A stretch of 24,000 nucleotides of DNA from NCBI RefSeq assembly GCF_007829035.1, contig NZ_VIVQ01000004.1, positions 116,214 through 140,213 of the forward strand. The letters are read 5' to 3'. The notes below the pieces were generated by a model. That model was given only the letters and a program-made list of their open reading frames with translations, did not search any database and had not been told where the DNA came from. This DNA comes from Rudaeicoccus suwonensis (GTDB lineage: Bacteria; Actinomycetota; Actinomycetes; Actinomycetales; Dermatophilaceae). Below, one piece after another: positions 7,921-15,659 of this stretch (positions within the stretch are counted from its first letter, which is position 1; each line of letters begins with the position of its first letter). The position numbers and the translations under genes are program-made.

Positions 7921-8460
7921 TCAGTCGCCGCTGGGAGAACTCTCGTCGGTCGCCGCCGGAAGGTCACCGGCATCGACACGTATGACGCGCAGCGTCTCCT
8001 GCAAGCGCCCATGTTGCCGATCATCAAGCGCGCTGAGACCGAACTCGATCTCGTGCAGTGCGGCCGTCGCCTGCTCCATGACCTGCCTGCCCGCGTCGGT
8101 GAGCCTGGCCAGCGTCCCGCGGCCGTCGCGCGGATTCGGCACTCGGTCGACCAGTCCGTCGGCCGCCAGTCGCTGGACGATGTTGGTGGCGCTCGTCGGA
8201 TGAATCATCAGGCGCTCGCCGACCTTGCTCATCGGCAGTTCGCCGCGGCTCGAGAACGCCAGAAGGACGAGTGCCTCGTAGCGCGCGAAGGTCAGGCCGT
8301 ATGCCGCGACGGTCGCGTCGAGTTCGGCCAGCAGCAGTTGCTGCACCCGCATGATCGAGGTCGCCGTGGCCATCGCCTGCACGGGCGAGGCTGCGCCCCA
8401 CCGCTCCCGCCACAACTCGGCGGCCCGCTCGATCGGGTCGAAGGGCAGCCTCGGCGTCAT
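7921..8460 (-). CDS. MarR family transcriptional regulator
   Basis: The translation MTPRLPFDPIERAAELWRERWG...LTFARYEALVLLAFSSRGELPMSKVGERLMIHPTSATNIVQRLAADGLVDRVPNPRDGRGTLARLT is a typical MarR winged-helix protein. An alternative ATG lies at 8481. The track ORF extension to 8802 runs through the repeats with poor GC3. Confidence 0.85.
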   Translation of the reverse strand: MTPRLPFDPIERAAELWRERWGAASPVQAMATATSIMRVQQLLLAELDATVAAYGLTFARYEALVLLAFSSRGELPMSKVGERLMIHPTSATNIVQRLAADGLVDRVPNPRDGRGTLARLTDAGRQVMEQATAALHEIEFGLSALDDRQHGRLQETLRVIRVDAGDLPAATDESSPSGD

Positions 8461-8546
8461 TGCACCGAATGTAGTTGCCATTCCCGAGACGCCCAGGCGG
8501 CGTCCCATTCGTCGGCTACCCGCGTGGTGGCGTCGGCCGACTCGAC

Positions 8547-8710
8547 CCCCGCGAGGTGTCGACATCTGCCGGTTGCCCCAGCGACCACCTCCACGAGATG
8601 TCAACATTCGCCGGTCTCCCCAGCAACCACCTCCACGAGATGTCAACATTCGCCGGTCTCCCCAGCAACCACCTCCACGAGATGTCAGCATCTGCCGGTT
8701 TCTCCAGCAG
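8547..8710. repeat. 42-bp tandem repeat array (about 0.7 + 3 + 0.2 copies), each unit carrying a degenerate palindrome
   Basis: Full units lie at 8576-8617, 8618-8659 (1 mismatch to the first) and 8660-8701 (4 mismatches to the second). A partial unit lies at 8547-8575. The best palindrome is AGGTGTCGACATCT at 8554-8567. CGAGATG recurs at 8594, 8636 and 8678. Confidence 0.9.
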
Positions 8711-8728
8711 TGATCCGACGTATAGCGA

Positions 8729-8875
8729 CATCTCGTCGCATGGCCCAGGTCGTCGCGGGACACACCTGGCTCGCGTACGACGTGGCCACCATCTCGCCCC
8801 ACGGCTCAGGTCGTCGCGGGACACACCTGGCTCGCGCACGGCGTGGGCCACCATCTCGTGGGCCGTCATCTCGTG
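8729..8875. repeat. 61/62-bp tandem repeat (about 2.3 copies), each unit beginning with CATCTCG
   Basis: Units lie at 8729-8789 and 8790-8851, with a partial unit from 8852. They share the core GGTCGTCGCGGGACACACCTGGCTCGCG. CATCTCG occurs at 8729, 8790, 8852 and 8867. The period is not a multiple of 3. Confidence 0.8.
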
Positions 8876-8965
8876 AAGCCACGTATCGCGTGGCAGGACG
8901 CGACGGCATCGTCTTCCCTCTCCCACGCCGTTGCCGTCGTCCCACCAGACCCGCTTGAGTCCGAT

Positions 8966-8993
8966 TTGTTTGTTACTTGTCCGTTTCTATTGT
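8966..8993 (+). promoter_or_regulatory. Candidate promoter of the fru-PTS operon in an AT-rich tract
   Basis: TTGTTT (8966-8971), a 16-nt spacer, then TATTGT (8988-8993, TAnnnT type). The tract is about 30 nt upstream of the fruR GTG and is flanked by TCCGAT direct repeats at 8960 and 9000. Pattern-based only. Confidence 0.3.
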
Positions 8994-9024
8994 TTTTGAT
9001 CCGATCGCCAGGTACAACTGTCGT

Positions 9025-9825
9025 GTGCCAGATCACACTTCGACCACCAAGGGCTCCGGATCGCTCTATGCGCAGGAGCGCCAGTCGCGCATCCTGCAGA
9101 TCGCCGCAACTGACGGCCGCGTCGAGGTCGCCGGTGCCGCCGAGCACCTCGGCGTCACCCCGGAGACCGTCCGTCGTGATCTCAAAGCGCTGGAGAGCAG
9201 TGGCCGGCTGCACCGGGTGCACGGTGGCGCGATCCCCGTCGAGAAGCTGGATTTCGAGCCCACCCTCGCCATACGTACCCAGGCACAGGCCGACGAGAAG
9301 GCACGCATCGCCGCGGCCGCCCTCCAACTGCTGCCCGAGGAGGGCACGGTCATCGTCGACGGCGGTTCGACCACCGCACTGCTGGCCGAAGGCTTTCCGC
9401 GCGATCGCAAGCTGACTGTCGTCACGGCATCCCTGCCACTGGCATCCGCCCTGCTGCCCCTGAGCAACGTCAGCCTGCATCTGCTCGGCGGATACGTGCG
9501 AGCACGCACCCAGACAGCCGTCGGCGACTGGGCTACCGCCGCCCTCGGCGAGCTGTATGCCGATCTGGCGATCCTGGGCACCAACGGTCTGTCCGTGGAA
9601 CACGGCCTGACGACCCCCGACCAGCGCGAGGCCAGCGTCAAGCGCGCGATCATGACCGCCAGCCGCCGCCGTGTCGTGCTCGTCGACAGCACCAAGATCG
9701 GCGTCGACCACTTCACCCGGTTCGCGACGCTGGAACAGATCGACACCGTCGTCACCGATAGCGCTGCCGCCGCCAAGACCTGCAACGCCATCACCGCGGC
9801 GGGTCCGGAGGTGATCTGCGCGTGA
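9025..9825 (+). CDS. fruR: DeoR family transcriptional regulator (fructose operon repressor type)
   Basis: N-terminal HTH ERQSRILQIAATDGRVEVAGAAEHLGVTPETVRRDLKALE plus a DeoR C-terminal sugar-phosphate-sensor-like domain. GTG at 9025 is preferred over TTG at 8977, which lies in AT-rich, low-GC3 sequence. The stop overlaps the fruK start (GTGA, 9822-9825). Confidence 0.85.
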   Translation: MPDHTSTTKGSGSLYAQERQSRILQIAATDGRVEVAGAAEHLGVTPETVRRDLKALESSGRLHRVHGGAIPVEKLDFEPTLAIRTQAQADEKARIAAAALQLLPEEGTVIVDGGSTTALLAEGFPRDRKLTVVTASLPLASALLPLSNVSLHLLGGYVRARTQTAVGDWATAALGELYADLAILGTNGLSVEHGLTTPDQREASVKRAIMTASRRRVVLVDSTKIGVDHFTRFATLEQIDTVVTDSAAAAKTCNAITAAGPEVICA

Positions 9826-10769
9826 TCATCACCCTGACCCCGAACCCGTCGCTCGACCGCACGCTCAGCGTCGGCGACCTGGTGCGCGGCGAGGTCAACC
9901 GGGCCGTCGCCAGCACGCTCGAACCGGGCGGCAAAGGCGTCAACGTCACCCGTGCCTTGCTGGCCAACGGCTCCGACAGCGTCGCGGTCTTTCCGTGTGG
10001 CGGCAACAACGGCCGCCTGATGGAACTGCTCATCAGCGAGGAGCACGTCGCCACCCGCATCGTGCCGGTCGCCTCCGCGATCCGCGTCAACACCGCCATC
10101 ATCGAGCCCGACGGCACGACCACCAAGGTCAACGAAGCCGGCCCGCACCTGAGCCCCGCAGAGGTCGCGTGCCTGCTCGACACCACCGAAGAACTGATCA
10201 CCGGCGCCGGCTGGCTGGCGCTGTGCGGCGCTCTCCCGCCAGGCCTGCCCGACGACTTCACCACCCAGGTCGTGCGTCGGGCCCGAGCCGCGGGAGCGTC
10301 GGTGGCCATCGACGCTTCGGGCGCCGCACTGCGCGCGGGCGTCGATGCGTGCCCGCAGCTGATCAAGCCCAATCGCACCGAGTTGGCCGAACTTGTGGGC
10401 CGCGACCTCGAAACGGTCGATCAGGTCTGCTCGGCCGCTCGTGATGTCATCCGAGAAGGCGTCACCACCGTGATCGTCAGCCTCGGCAAGGACGGCGCTC
10501 TCGCCGTCGGCGAAAGGTGCGCCATACATGCGCACGCCGTCGCCCCGAAGCCGAAATCGACTGTCGGAGCTGGTGATTCGCTGCTCGCCGGCGTGCTGTC
10601 AGCGCTCGACAGCGGCCACGATCTGGCCGAATCCCTGCGCACGGGCGTGGTCTGGGGCACCGCCGCAGTCCAACTGCCCGGCTCCCGTATGCCGACCCCG
10701 GCTGACCTGGCCGGAGTGCACGCCACGATCACCACCGACCTCGACGGATCCCGTCGGCTCACCGACTGA
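9822..10769 (+). CDS. fruK: 1-phosphofructokinase (PfkB family)
   Basis: MIITLTPNPSLDRT N-terminus, GGKGVNV, and the C-terminal VGAGDSLLAG ribokinase-family motif. It sits between fruR and the PTS fructose genes. Confidence 0.9.
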   Translation: MIITLTPNPSLDRTLSVGDLVRGEVNRAVASTLEPGGKGVNVTRALLANGSDSVAVFPCGGNNGRLMELLISEEHVATRIVPVASAIRVNTAIIEPDGTTTKVNEAGPHLSPAEVACLLDTTEELITGAGWLALCGALPPGLPDDFTTQVVRRARAAGASVAIDASGAALRAGVDACPQLIKPNRTELAELVGRDLETVDQVCSAARDVIREGVTTVIVSLGKDGALAVGERCAIHAHAVAPKPKSTVGAGDSLLAGVLSALDSGHDLAESLRTGVVWGTAAVQLPGSRMPTPADLAGVHATITTDLDGSRRLTD

Positions 10770-10798
10770 AGCAACCGGATTTCACCACCAGAAAAGGA

Positions 10799-11254
10799 AT
10801 GACCATGTCCATCATCACCCGCGACCAGGTGCTGCTCGACCTGCACGCTGCCGACCGGCACGATGCCACCCGGCAGATGGCGCAGACCCTCGCCGACGCC
10901 GGGCGTGTCACCGATCTCGACTCCTTCCTTGCCGACGTGCGCGCCCGCGAGGAGCAGATGGCCACCGGGCTGCCGGGAGGTATCGGCATACCCCACGCCC
11001 GCAGCAGCGCCGTCTCCGAACCGTCGCTCGTCTTCGCGCGCAGCGCCGGCGGCATCGACTGGGGCGCCGAAGACGGCCCCGCCACTCTCGTCTTCCTGAT
11101 CGCCGCGCCCGAAGGCGGCGGTGACGAGCACCTGAAGATCCTCGCCGCGCTCGCGCGCAAGCTGATGCGTGCGGACTTTCGCACGTCACTGGCCGAGGCC
11201 GCAGACGCCGATGCAGTCGTCGAGATCGTGACCACGCAGGTGGTGGCGGCATGA
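10799..11254 (+). CDS. PTS fructose/mannitol-family EIIA component (stand-alone)
   Basis: GLPGGIGIPHARS contains the phosphorylatable His of PTS EIIA type 2. AAAGG SD upstream, with an alternative ATG at 10805. The stop overlaps the next start (ATGA, 11251-11254). Confidence 0.85.
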   Translation: MTMSIITRDQVLLDLHAADRHDATRQMAQTLADAGRVTDLDSFLADVRAREEQMATGLPGGIGIPHARSSAVSEPSLVFARSAGGIDWGAEDGPATLVFLIAAPEGGGDEHLKILAALARKLMRADFRTSLAEAADADAVVEIVTTQVVAA

Positions 11255-12795
11255 AACTCGTCGGAGTCACCTCATGCCCCACGGGCATCGCGCACACCTA
11301 CATGGCTGCCGAAGCACTCGAGCAGGCAGCCAAGGATGCCGGCCACGAGATGCAGGTCGAGACCCAGGGCTCTGCGGGGTCCACCCCGCTGTCCCCGGAG
11401 GTCATTGCCGCGGCCGACGCCGTCGTCTTCGCGCACGACCTCGAGGTCAAGGACCGTGGCCGGTTCGCCGGCAAGCCGACGGTCGACGTCGGCGTCAAGA
11501 AGGCCATCTCCGATGCAGCCGGTCTGATCGAGCAGGCCGTCGGCCTGGCCGAACGCGGTGAACTCGGTGCCGCATCGGCCGCGGCTCCCACCGGCGGTGG
11601 TCTGGTGACCAAGGTCGAGGAGGGCGCCTCCGTCGGCACCCGGATCCGGCAGTGGCTGATGACCGGTGTGAGCTACATGATCCCGTTCGTCGCTGCGGGC
11701 GGCATCCTGATCGCGTTGTCCTTCATGCTCGCGCAGGTCGCCGGCGGCAAGCGCGGCGCCATCGACGTGACCAACTACAGCCTCACGACACCGACCGGCC
11801 TGTCCGCGAGCTACAACCTGGTCACACACTTCAACGCCGGATCCGGGATGCACTGGGCCGGCCTGCTGTTCGTGATCGGTGCTGCATCGTTCAGCTTCCT
11901 GGTGCCGATCCTGTCCGGCTTCATCGCCTTCGGGATCGCCGACCGTCCAGGCATCACGCCCGGTATCGTCGGCGGCTTCATCGCCGCAACGATGGGCACC
12001 GGATTCCTCGGCGGTATCGCGACCGGATTCATCGGCGGCTTCCTTGCCTTGTGGATCAGCCGCTGGAAGGTGCCCAAGGGCGTGCGCGGCGTGATGCCCG
12101 TCGTCGTCATACCGCTGCTGTCGACGGTCATCACCGGCGCCGCGATGATCATCGTGCTCGGCCGTCCGCTGAAGTGGCTCACCGACGCGCTCACCCACGG
12201 CCTGGACGACCTGTCCAAGGGCAGCGGGATCGTGCTCCTGGGAATGGTCCTCGGCGCGATGATGGCCTTCGATCTCGGTGGCCCGGTCAACAAGGTGGCG
12301 TACACCTTCGCGACCACCGGTCTGGCCGCCGTCGGCACCGCCACCGACGCCCCTCAACTGCGGGTGATGGCTGCGGTGATGGCCGCCGGCATGGTTCCCC
12401 CGCTCGGTATGGCGCTGGCCACCGTCGTGCGCAAGCAGTTGTTCACCGAACCAGAGCGTGAGAACGGCCGAGCGGCCTGGTTGCTCGGGGCCTCCTTCAT
12501 CACCGAGGGTGCCATCCCGTTCGCCGCAGCGGACCCATGGCGTGTCATCGTCTCCTCGATGGTCGGATCGTGCGCCACCGGCGGTCTGGTGATGGTCTTC
12601 AACTGCACGCTGCGCGCACCCCACGGCGGCATCTGGGTGGCTCCGCTGATCGGCAACGCACTGCTGTTCGTCCTGGCTGTCGTGATCGGGGCCGTCGTCA
12701 CCGCGTTCGTGGTAATCCTGTTGAAGGCGCAGCGCGCCAAGGCGATCACCGCCGGCGCGCAGACTGTGGCCGAACCGGCCGCAGCGACAGTCTGA
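11251..12795 (+). CDS. fruA: PTS fructose-specific EIIBC component
   Basis: The N-terminus MKLVGVTSCPTGIAHTYMAAEALE is an EIIB domain with its active Cys. It is followed by a long polytopic hydrophobic EIIC domain (514 aa total). Confidence 0.9.
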   Translation: MKLVGVTSCPTGIAHTYMAAEALEQAAKDAGHEMQVETQGSAGSTPLSPEVIAAADAVVFAHDLEVKDRGRFAGKPTVDVGVKKAISDAAGLIEQAVGLAERGELGAASAAAPTGGGLVTKVEEGASVGTRIRQWLMTGVSYMIPFVAAGGILIALSFMLAQVAGGKRGAIDVTNYSLTTPTGLSASYNLVTHFNAGSGMHWAGLLFVIGAASFSFLVPILSGFIAFGIADRPGITPGIVGGFIAATMGTGFLGGIATGFIGGFLALWISRWKVPKGVRGVMPVVVIPLLSTVITGAAMIIVLGRPLKWLTDALTHGLDDLSKGSGIVLLGMVLGAMMAFDLGGPVNKVAYTFATTGLAAVGTATDAPQLRVMAAVMAAGMVPPLGMALATVVRKQLFTEPERENGRAAWLLGASFITEGAIPFAAADPWRVIVSSMVGSCATGGLVMVFNCTLRAPHGGIWVAPLIGNALLFVLAVVIGAVVTAFVVILLKAQRAKAITAGAQTVAEPAAATV

Positions 12796-12831
12796 AGCCC
12801 GAACTGCCCTGAGAAGAAAGTGAATCCGAAC

Positions 12832-13110
12832 ATGACTGCTGTCACGCGCACCGTTGAGATCGCGTCCGCCGTCGGCTTGCACGCGCGCCCCGCGGCGTTG
12901 TTCGTGCAGGCTGCCGGCGGCACCGGCCTCGACGTCACGATCGGTCGGCCCGGCGACGAGGCCGTCGACGCGACGAGCATCCTGGCCGTCATGGCCCTGG
13001 GTGCCCGGCATGGTGAGACCGTCGAACTCAGCGCGACCGGCGACGGCGCCGAGGGTGCTCTCGACGACCTGGTCACGTTGCTGTCGACCGATCTCGACGC
13101 CAAGGAGTGA
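12832..13110 (+). CDS. ptsH: Phosphocarrier protein HPr
   Basis: MTAVTRTVEIASAVGLHARPAALFV carries the active-site His motif GLHARPA, and the size is typical of HPr. The track ORF starts at GTG 12820; ATG 12832 gives the more typical N-terminus. Confidence 0.9.
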   Translation: MTAVTRTVEIASAVGLHARPAALFVQAAGGTGLDVTIGRPGDEAVDATSILAVMALGARHGETVELSATGDGAEGALDDLVTLLSTDLDAKE

Positions 13111-13117
13111 CTCGTCG

Positions 13118-14794
13118 ATGAGTGCACATCTGCAGGGGGTCGCCGTCAGCCCCGGGTCCGCGATCGCTCCGGTGGTGCTGGTGGGATCCGCCCCCGCCAT
13201 ACCGATGGACGAACCGCGCACCACTGACGTGGCGGCGACCCAGGAACGTGTTGCGCAGGCCTTCGACTCGGTGGCCGAAAGCCTCGAACGCCGGGCAGAG
13301 TCGGCGACCGACACCGCGCGCGAGATCCTGCAGATGACGGCACTCATGGCCCGCGACAAGACGCTGCGCAAGGCGGTCGACGAGCGGATCGCCGCCGGCT
13401 CCGGCCCACTGACCGCGGTCAGTGCCGGAGTCGGGCAGATCTGCGACTCGTTCCTGGCCCTCGGCGACTACTTCGCCGAGCGCGCCACCGACGTGCGGGA
13501 TGTCGGCAATCGGGTCGTGGCGCGGCTGAGCGGCAGCGCGGATCCCGGCATCCCGCTGCTGGAATCGCAGTGCGTGCTGGTCGCTGAGGACCTCGCGCCC
13601 GCCGAGACCGCGACCCTCGACCCGGCGCTCGTGCTGGGCATCGTCACCGAGGCGGGCGGGCGCAACGGTCACACGGCGATCCTCGCAGCACAGCTCGGGA
13701 TTCCGGCGGTCGTGCAGGTCGCCGGAGCCACCGAGCTGGCCGAAGGCACCCTCGTCGCCGTCGACGGCGACACCGGTCAGGTCACCGTCGATCCGGACGG
13801 CGACCTGCGAGATGCCTTGCAGCACAAGGTGACTGCGCGCAACAACGCGATCGGTCGACACCACGGCGCCGGCCGCACCAAGGACGGTCACCCGGTCGCA
13901 CTGCTGGCCAACATCGGCACCGCGAAGGATGCCGAGGCCGCCGCTACCCAGGACGTCGAGGGCGTCGGACTGTTCCGCACCGAGGTGCTCTTCCTCGGCC
14001 AGCAGAGTGCGCCAACCGTCGAGGAGCAGACGGCGATCTACAGTCGTGTCTTCGCGGCCTTCGGCAGCAGGCGCGTCGTGGTACGCACGCTCGACGCCGG
14101 CGCCGACAAGCCGCTGTCGTTCGCCGATCTCGGCGCCGAGGACAATCCGGCGCTCGGCGTCCGCGGACTGCGGATGAGCCAGGCCTGTCCCGACCTGCTC
14201 GACAACCAGTTGGCGGCCCTCGCCGCGGCAGCGAAGGACACCGATGCCGCAGTCAAGGTGATGGCGCCGATGGTGGCCACCGTCGACGAAGCGCGCTGGT
14301 TCGCGCAGCGCGTGCACGAGCACGGACTGCCCGAGTCCGGCGTCATGATCGAGGTGCCGGCGGCCGCGTTGCGCGCCGAAACCGTGCTGGCACAGGTCGA
14401 GTTCGGCTCCTTGGGCACCAACGACCTGGCGCAGTACACCATGGCCGCCGACCGCACCCACAGTGCGTTCTCCGACCTGCTGGACCCGTGGCAGCCGGCC
14501 GTGCTCGATGTCATCGCCGCGGCGTCGGCCGGAGCATCCTCCGCCGGGCGGCCACTCGGCGTCTGCGGCGAGTCCGCCGGTGACCCGTTGATGGCCTGCG
14601 TCCTGGCCGGGCTCGGCGTCACCAGCCTGTCGATGGCCCCGGCCAAACTCGGCCTGGTCCGTTTCGCGCTCGCCACGCACTCCCTCGACACCTGCGCCCA
14701 GATGGCCGACGCGGCACGGTCCGCGACGTCACCGGCTGAGGCGCTCGAAGCCGCTGCCGCGCTGGCCGACGCGGGTCTGCGGGACCTGCTGTGA
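13118..14794 (+). CDS. ptsI: PTS Enzyme I (phosphoenolpyruvate-protein phosphotransferase)
   Basis: The ATG at 13118 is preceded by AAGGAG (13102-13107). MSAHLQGVAVSPGSAIAP N-terminus, phospho-His motif GGRNGHTAILAAQLGIPAV, and a PEP-utilising C-terminal domain (GTNDLAQYT). Confidence 0.9.
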   Translation: MSAHLQGVAVSPGSAIAPVVLVGSAPAIPMDEPRTTDVAATQERVAQAFDSVAESLERRAESATDTAREILQMTALMARDKTLRKAVDERIAAGSGPLTAVSAGVGQICDSFLALGDYFAERATDVRDVGNRVVARLSGSADPGIPLLESQCVLVAEDLAPAETATLDPALVLGIVTEAGGRNGHTAILAAQLGIPAVVQVAGATELAEGTLVAVDGDTGQVTVDPDGDLRDALQHKVTARNNAIGRHHGAGRTKDGHPVALLANIGTAKDAEAAATQDVEGVGLFRTEVLFLGQQSAPTVEEQTAIYSRVFAAFGSRRVVVRTLDAGADKPLSFADLGAEDNPALGVRGLRMSQACPDLLDNQLAALAAAAKDTDAAVKVMAPMVATVDEARWFAQRVHEHGLPESGVMIEVPAAALRAETVLAQVEFGSLGTNDLAQYTMAADRTHSAFSDLLDPWQPAVLDVIAAASAGASSAGRPLGVCGESAGDPLMACVLAGLGVTSLSMAPAKLGLVRFALATHSLDTCAQMADAARSATSPAEALEAAAALADAGLRDLL

Positions 14795-14798
14795 CGGG

Positions 14799-14828
14799 TA
14801 CCGGCGCACCGGATGGGGTGCGCCGGTA
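14799..14828 (+). terminator. GC-rich stem-loop after ptsI (intrinsic-terminator candidate, no U-tract)
   Basis: tACCGGCGCACC-ggatgg-GGTGCGCCGGTa forms an 11-12 bp perfect stem with a 6-nt loop. It starts 5 nt after the ptsI stop. Confidence 0.6.
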
Positions 14829-14867
14829 TCGCCATACAGCCCGGTCGCCCGCTTAGTATCGGCCTGC

Positions 14868-15656
14868 GTGAAGGACAAACAGACCCGCCGCGCACGTTCG
14901 GATCATCGCTGGAATCTGAGGTCCTGCGCGCGGCACGGACACCTGACGTATGCCGTCACCGAGCCCGACCTGCGGGAGCGGCTGCGTGCCGACACCACCC
15001 AGGGCGAAGCCTGGCGCTGCCTGCGTTGCGGCAGCTACGCGCTGGGGCCGACGCACGGCGAAGGCCCCGCCGACCAGGCGCCCACTCCCCTGCGCGGACG
15101 CGCACTGCGCGATGCCTTCGTGATGCGACTGCTGGCGATCGAGCGTTTCGTGCGCGGCATCTTCCTGCTGATCTTCGCCTACGCGGTGTACAAATTCGAC
15201 GGCGCGAAGAACTCCATCCACCGAGTCTTCGACGAAGACTTCCCGGCCGTGCAGCAGTTCGCGAACAAGTTCAACATCGACATCACCGACGCCGCCCCGA
15301 CCCGCTGGGTCAACAAAGCATTCGACGCACATCACACGACGCTGGTGCTCATCGCCGGCGGTCTGCTCGCCTACGGCCTGCTGGAGATGCTCGAAGGCGT
15401 CGGCCTCTGGGTCATGCAGCGCTGGGGTGAGTATGTCGCCGTCGTGGGCACGTCGATCTTCCTGCCCTACGAGATCTACGAGATGAGCGACAAGTTCAGC
15501 GCATTCAAGCTCGTGCTCTTCCTGGTCAACGTGGCGGCCGTGGTCTGGCTGATCTGGACGAAGCGGTTGTTCGGCGCGCGCGGTGGTGCTGTGGCATACG
15601 AGAAGCAGCGCGAGTCGGAGTCGCTCATCGACGTCGAGCGTGCCGCGGCTGCCTGA
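14868..15656 (+). CDS. DUF2127-like membrane protein with an N-terminal Cys/His cluster
   Basis: GTG start. The C-terminal part (LLAIERFVRGIFLLIFAYAVY...LLEMLEGVGLWVMQRWGEYVAVVGTSIFLPYEIYE...LVNVAAVVWLIW) matches the DUF2127 pattern of four hydrophobic helices. The N-terminus has SCARHGH...CLRCGSY. Confidence 0.75.
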   Translation: MKDKQTRRARSDHRWNLRSCARHGHLTYAVTEPDLRERLRADTTQGEAWRCLRCGSYALGPTHGEGPADQAPTPLRGRALRDAFVMRLLAIERFVRGIFLLIFAYAVYKFDGAKNSIHRVFDEDFPAVQQFANKFNIDITDAAPTRWVNKAFDAHHTTLVLIAGGLLAYGLLEMLEGVGLWVMQRWGEYVAVVGTSIFLPYEIYEMSDKFSAFKLVLFLVNVAAVVWLIWTKRLFGARGGAVAYEKQRESESLIDVERAAAA

Positions 15657-15659
15657 CGG

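Noticed and set aside
8461-8802. N-terminal extension of the MarR ORF through the repeats (track ORF 7921-8802, MLTSRGGGCWGDRR x3)
   Set aside because: In that frame only 6 of 14 third positions of the repeat unit are G/C, far below neighbouring genes. MarR proteins start close to the MTPRLPFDP-type N-terminus, and internal ATGs at 8460/8481 are available.
8547-8875. Possible CRISPR array
   Set aside because: The repeats are directly abutting tandem copies with no unique spacers between them. The units (42 and 61/62 bp) are not CRISPR-like, and no cas genes are nearby.
8886-8940. Hairpins TCGCGT-N6-ACGCGA (8886-8903) and CGACGGCA-N23-TGCCGTCG (8901-8939)
   Set aside because: The stems are short, one loop is very large, and there is no U-tract or neighbouring gene end to terminate. 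Stems this short may arise by chance in GC-rich DNA, though I did not quantify this. I mention them only as part of the structured intergenic region.
4690-8958. 1422-aa plus-strand ORF, the longest in the track
   Set aside because: It runs antisense to five well-supported minus-strand genes (esterase, thioredoxin-TPR, icmA, MarR and the repeats). The translation is low-complexity and Arg/Ala/Gly/Pro-rich with no recognisable motifs. This is the classic stop-codon-poor shadow frame of GC-rich DNA.
9066-14680. Long minus-strand ORFs opposite the PTS operon (9066-10535, 11272-13371, 13073-14680)
   Set aside because: They are antisense shadows of fruR/fruK, fruA and ptsI. The sense frames carry unmistakable catalytic motifs. 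The antisense products are Arg/Gly/Asp-rich with no family resemblance.
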